Source of the DNA: Verrucomicrobiota bacterium
Lineage (GTDB): Bacteria; Verrucomicrobiota; Verrucomicrobiia; Opitutales; Coraliomargaritaceae
Direction: 5' to 3'
Assembly (NCBI GenBank): GCA_039815375.1
Contig: JBCBZJ010000009.1
Span: 32,001-96,000, forward strand
Length of the DNA: 64,000 bases
The position numbers and the translations under genes are program-made. Numbering within the stretch: position 1 is the stretch's first letter; the number at the start of each line of letters is the position of its first letter. Positions 59,941 to 64,000 of the stretch are shown here, in pieces. The notes below the pieces were generated by a model. That model was not told where the DNA came from. It was given only the letters and a program-made list of their open reading frames with translations, and made no database searches.

Positions 59941-61149
59941 TCAGTTTATTTCCGGTGTGCTCTGTGTACGCCGAAATTCGGTCGGAGTTTGCCCGGTGAG
60001 GTCGCGAAAAACCTGAGTGAGGTAGCGGACATTTTCGAAGCCTGCGCGCGCAGCAATTGTACTGACGTTTAAATTCGTGCTGGTGAGCAGCTCTTTAACT
60101 CGATTCATTTGGTTGCGTTGGATCTCGTTGTGGATGGAACGGCCAATCGCTTTCATGAACTTTCGGTAGGCGGTTGAATTGGACATTCCTGTGACCGTGA
60201 GTACGTCTGCGGTCGAAATAGGGTCGTAGGCATGTTCTTTGATGTAGCGTAGTGCAAAGGCGACCTCGGGATCATCAAAAGCCATATAGCTACTGGAGTC
60301 CCGAGCAACAACGCGAGCGGGGTCGATCTCTGTCAAGGGCAGTGGCTTGGTTTCGCCATTCATCATTTGGTCCAATAACTTAGCCGTCGCATAACCGGCA
60401 TTATCCGCGTTTTGGTCGACGCTGCTTAGCCTCGGCTGTGAGAGTTCACAGAGCCAGCGGTCATTATCGACTCCGAGTACGGATACTTCTTCAGGAACCT
60501 GGATATTTTGGACAACACAGGCATCTAATACCCACCTTGCCCAGCCATCAAAGAAAACGAAAACGCCGCAAGGCTTTGGCAGGCTTTGTAGCCATTGCTT
60601 CAAAGAATTGACCGCGTCCGGCATATTCGTCGGGTCCTTGAAGTTATGGTCATAAATTTGACATTTGTAGTCGTGTTTCGCAAGCTCTCGGACGAAACTC
60701 TCCTGTCGCTGACGACACCAAAGCGCATTTTCATCTCCCCCGCAGAAGGCAAAGTGCCGGATACCGTTGTTGATGAAGTGTTGAGCCGCGAGCCGGCCAA
60801 CAGCCTCCTGATTCGTTGTCACTACGGGAAAATTGATATATTTATCAACGGTCTCTGAGTAGCTGCCAAATCCGACTTTAGGAATGTTTTGAATTTGTGC
60901 GATCTGCTTGATTGCCGGCAAGTTGATACTGGTTATGATACCGTCTGGATCCCAATGCTTCAGGCTCTCCATGCTAACCTCCATCATTGGATCCATAAGA
61001 ATGACCCAATCTGTTTTGCTCCGGATATACTCACCGACTCCACGTGCTATGCCACGGTCGAAGGCCATATCTGACTCAAGGAGCAAGGCAACTCGCTTCA
61101 GCGGGCCCGCCTGTTTCGACTTTTTCTCGGATGTCTTTTTCTTTGGCAT
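59941..61149 (-). CDS. XylR-type transcriptional regulator (periplasmic-binding-like domain + AraC HTH)
   Basis: VPEEVSVLGVDND, LSSVD, AGFENVRYLTQVFRDLTGQTPTEFR. Confidence 0.9.
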   Translation of the reverse strand: MPKKKTSEKKSKQAGPLKRVALLLESDMAFDRGIARGVGEYIRSKTDWVILMDPMMEVSMESLKHWDPDGIITSINLPAIKQIAQIQNIPKVGFGSYSETVDKYINFPVVTTNQEAVGRLAAQHFINNGIRHFAFCGGDENALWCRQRQESFVRELAKHDYKCQIYDHNFKDPTNMPDAVNSLKQWLQSLPKPCGVFVFFDGWARWVLDACVVQNIQVPEEVSVLGVDNDRWLCELSQPRLSSVDQNADNAGYATAKLLDQMMNGETKPLPLTEIDPARVVARDSSSYMAFDDPEVAFALRYIKEHAYDPISTADVLTVTGMSNSTAYRKFMKAIGRSIHNEIQRNQMNRVKELLTSTNLNVSTIAARAGFENVRYLTQVFRDLTGQTPTEFRRTQSTPEIN

Positions 61150-61320
61150 CTAACTCCTTGTCTGCCAGTAGCGTTTGTCGTGCGAACGGGGTTCTGTCAA
61201 AATCAATTTGAATGAAGAAATAGTGAATAAAAGTTACAGAATATTGCCATTTTGACTTGATTGGGATTTTGAATTCAGTATCAACTGTTACTTTCCTGCA
61301 TCACGTCTTCCCCAATTTAA

Positions 61321-62547
61321 ATGTCCGCAAAATCTGTTTCTTACCTTTTGTTCTGGGTTCTACTCGCAGTTGTCCAACTATCTGCTGAACGAAAGTCCCC
61401 ATTCAGTCTCTCTGTTGGCACCCAAAGTGTCGGAGTTCGCTACACCTTCACCGAAGATGATGCCTTGATCGAATCAGCCAAGCAAATTGCTGCTCTTGGC
61501 TCAGACACTCTCAAAATTGCGATTACGCCCAAATACGCGGACGATTACCAATTTAGCTCCGATCCATCCATTAACTCGATGCTGAAGCTTGTTCATGCGA
61601 AGCCATCGTATTTGGAAGCGATGGATATGCCCTTCCGGAACATAATGCTCTGGGTTTATCCTTTCTGTGATTCACATGATGCTTTTTTCAAAGGCGTCTT
61701 AACGGACAAAGAATCACAGGCGATCTACGACGAGATTTATGAGTTTACGGCTTTTTTGCTGAAACGTTACTCCGGTAGCGGTAAGTCTTTTTTTCTTGGG
61801 AACTGGGAGGGAGACTGGCATCTACTCCGTGAGAACTACAACTACAATTCTGATCCGGAACCGGGAACGATCGCGGCATCCATTGAATGGTTTAAAATCC
61901 GTGAAAAGGCGATAGCAGATGCCCGGCGCGATGTTGCTCATGACGATGTCGAGGTCTACTTTTACATCGAGCTGAACCATGTCGCCAAGTCAATGGACCA
62001 TGGGAAGCCTTCCATTGTGAATACTGTGCTCCCCTACATCAAGACGGACTACGTTTCCTGGTCGAGTTACGACGTGACCAAGCGGGCTGCGCTTAAGGGA
62101 CGGAAGGGTAGACAGCGAGTCTTGAAAGCTCTCGATTTCATCGAAGCTCATTTGCCCGAAAGCGACATTAAGGGAAAGCGTGTTTTCTTGGGCGAGTATG
62201 GATTTCAGCTGAAGGCGTTTCCCGACCGTGAGCTACAAAGTAAATACACCGCTTCGATCATGAAGTGGGCTCTTGAGTGGGGATGCCCGTTCGTTCTCTA
62301 TTGGGAACTCTACTGCAACGAGATCGATGCCTCAACTGGAGAGCACCGTGGTTATTGGCTGATTGACGATCATGGCGACAAACAGCCAGTTTGGTTTTTT
62401 CACAAGGAATTTTTGGATAAAGCAAATGCGTATGTCGCTGCTTATGAGAAAAAGCATGGTAAGTTGCCATCTCAGGAGAACTACAACCGCGTCGCTGCCT
62501 CTTGGATTGAAGAGTTTATGACTTACGACATCCGGATCGAAAAATAG
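61321..62547 (+). CDS. Secreted hypothetical protein, putative clan GH-A-like glycoside hydrolase
   Basis: Signal peptide; LGNWEGDW and FLGEYG as candidate acid/base and nucleophile Glu motifs; YW near the C-terminus. Confidence 0.55.
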   Translation: MSAKSVSYLLFWVLLAVVQLSAERKSPFSLSVGTQSVGVRYTFTEDDALIESAKQIAALGSDTLKIAITPKYADDYQFSSDPSINSMLKLVHAKPSYLEAMDMPFRNIMLWVYPFCDSHDAFFKGVLTDKESQAIYDEIYEFTAFLLKRYSGSGKSFFLGNWEGDWHLLRENYNYNSDPEPGTIAASIEWFKIREKAIADARRDVAHDDVEVYFYIELNHVAKSMDHGKPSIVNTVLPYIKTDYVSWSSYDVTKRAALKGRKGRQRVLKALDFIEAHLPESDIKGKRVFLGEYGFQLKAFPDRELQSKYTASIMKWALEWGCPFVLYWELYCNEIDASTGEHRGYWLIDDHGDKQPVWFFHKEFLDKANAYVAAYEKKHGKLPSQENYNRVAASWIEEFMTYDIRIEK

Positions 62548-62555
62548 TTAGGAGG

Positions 62556-63974
62556 ATGGCTAAAATGGAAGAAGAAATCAAAAAGACGGATCTAGACCCT
62601 TCGGCTAAACTCGGATGGGGAGAGAAATTTGGATATGCTGCTGGAGACATGGCCTCATGCCTCTATTTCGGCATCTTCATGAATTTCATGGCGATCTTCT
62701 ACACGGATGTTTTTGGTATCACACCAGCCGTGCTCGCCACGATGCTACTTTTTACCCGGACATGGGATTGGATCAACGACCCGATCATGGGCGCGATCGC
62801 GGACCGGACGAATACAAAGATGGGAAAGTTTCGGCCTTGGATTCTTTGGATGATTCCGCCCTACATGATCTTGGGGGTCCTTACCTTCACGACCTTTAAC
62901 TTGGAAGGAGCCGCTAAGATCATCTATGCTTACGTTACCTATACCTTGCTGATGATGGTCTACACAGCCATCAATGTCCCCTACGGAGCATTAATGGGTG
63001 TAATGACGGCTAAGTCCGATCAGCGCACTATACTGGCCTCATTCCGTTTTGTTGGTGCCAATGCAGGTATATTCACAGTGACACTTCTCTTGCCTATTTT
63101 AGTGAAGAGTATCGGAGGGGGCAACGAACAGCTCGGCTACTCCGGTGCCATGGTCGTTCTGGCCTGTATGGCGGGCGGTCTGTTCTTCGTAACATTCAAG
63201 ACAAGTACCGAACGAATAAAGCCACTGGAAAAGAAACATGAGCCGGTGGTGAAGGAACTGAAGGAGCTGGTTCGAAATGTTCCCTGGCTCATCGTTATCG
63301 CTCTCAGTATTCTCACTGTTTTGGCCCAAGCAATCCGTGGGACGCCGCTTCTGCATTTCTTCAAATACGTTGTGGGTAACGAAGACTGGGGCACGAAATT
63401 GCTACTTTACAATTCTGTGGCTGCAATCATCGCCGTCTTGTTGAGTAAGTGGATCGTTAATCTGTTCGGTTGCAAAAAGCGTGCTTATATTATCCTGAAC
63501 CTTCTCTTTGCGGCCATACTCGTTTGGTTCTATTTCATACCGATCGACAATTTCCGGCTCATGATTGTCAACCAATTGATGATTGCTTTTGTCGCTGCAC
63601 CGATGATGCCGCTCTTCTGGTCAATGATCGCCGATACGGCAGACTATGGCGCAGCAAAATTCGGGCATCGATCAACAGGCATCATTTTTTCGGCCGGCAC
63701 CGCTTCGCAAAAGATTGGTTGGACCGTCGGGCCAGCTTTGACTATGCTTGTTCTTGGTGCTGTCGGATACGTGGCGAATCAAGAGCAGACACCGCAAGCA
63801 CAGTCTGCCTTGCATCTCATGATGAGTATAATTCCCGCTGGCTGTGCTGTGCTGACTGCTTTGGTTACCTGTTTCTACCCGATCAATCACAAGGTTGAAA
63901 AGGAGCTGGAAGAAGCGATGAGTGAGATGAATAAGGCAGATGCCGATGCAGTCGATAAAGGTTGCCATGGGTAA
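62556..63974 (+). CDS. MFS glycoside-pentoside-hexuronide (GPH):cation symporter
   Basis: EKFGYAAGD, DWINDPIMGAIADRT..KMGKFRPW, NVPYGAL, WSMIADTADYG. Confidence 0.93.
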   Translation: MAKMEEEIKKTDLDPSAKLGWGEKFGYAAGDMASCLYFGIFMNFMAIFYTDVFGITPAVLATMLLFTRTWDWINDPIMGAIADRTNTKMGKFRPWILWMIPPYMILGVLTFTTFNLEGAAKIIYAYVTYTLLMMVYTAINVPYGALMGVMTAKSDQRTILASFRFVGANAGIFTVTLLLPILVKSIGGGNEQLGYSGAMVVLACMAGGLFFVTFKTSTERIKPLEKKHEPVVKELKELVRNVPWLIVIALSILTVLAQAIRGTPLLHFFKYVVGNEDWGTKLLLYNSVAAIIAVLLSKWIVNLFGCKKRAYIILNLLFAAILVWFYFIPIDNFRLMIVNQLMIAFVAAPMMPLFWSMIADTADYGAAKFGHRSTGIIFSAGTASQKIGWTVGPALTMLVLGAVGYVANQEQTPQAQSALHLMMSIIPAGCAVLTALVTCFYPINHKVEKELEEAMSEMNKADADAVDKGCHG

Positions 63975-64000
63975 CAAAAAACGAGGCTCAAAAATCTGCA

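Noticed and set aside
63967..64000. Start of a next gene (MGNKKRGSKIC…)
   Set aside because: Plausible overlap start, but too short to call
1..64000. CRISPR arrays, tRNA or rRNA genes
   Set aside because: No regularly spaced repeats or recognisable stable-RNA motifs seen by eye

Overview
Bacterial chromosomal window, probably Verrucomicrobiota (Opitutales/Coraliomargarita-like). This is inferred from three PEP-CTERM proteins, a Verrucomicrobia-style secreted CAP protein and XylR/DUF1080/SSS sugar genes. (1) 1-2500: housekeeping genes (Na+/Ca2+ exchanger, gpmI). (2) 2670-8910: surface proteins and IS3 remnants. (3) 9031-15139: a non-phage 'tail-collar' module made of a phosphodiesterase/sulfatase-TPR-sulfotransferase fusion (in-frame amber stop), a PEP-CTERM protein, GNAT(s), two tandem tail-collar paralogues and a DUF6916-like protein. 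(4) ~16.7-49.3 kb: a ~33 kb hybrid biosynthetic cluster. It couples a Pfa/Hgl-like iterative PKS (ER-KS-AT-ACP-KR plus a KS-less AT-DH) to a modular AT-ACP-KS-AT-(DH0)-ACP PKS and a C-A(Asp-type)-PCP-TE NRPS (+1 frameshift). Accessory genes are an amino-sugar pair, two glycosyltransferases, sulfotransferase, O-methyltransferase, SDR, Sfp PPTase, and a DUF6072-like/DUF5132-like/HMA-ABC exporter cassette. (5) 49969-54051: a large secreted CxxCH/FN3/LamG-like protein. (6) 54.7-64 kb: sugar uptake and catabolism genes, including an aldolase with a possible microcompartment encapsulation peptide. No rRNA, tRNA or CRISPR array was seen. All family assignments come from motif recognition by eye, not from database searches.
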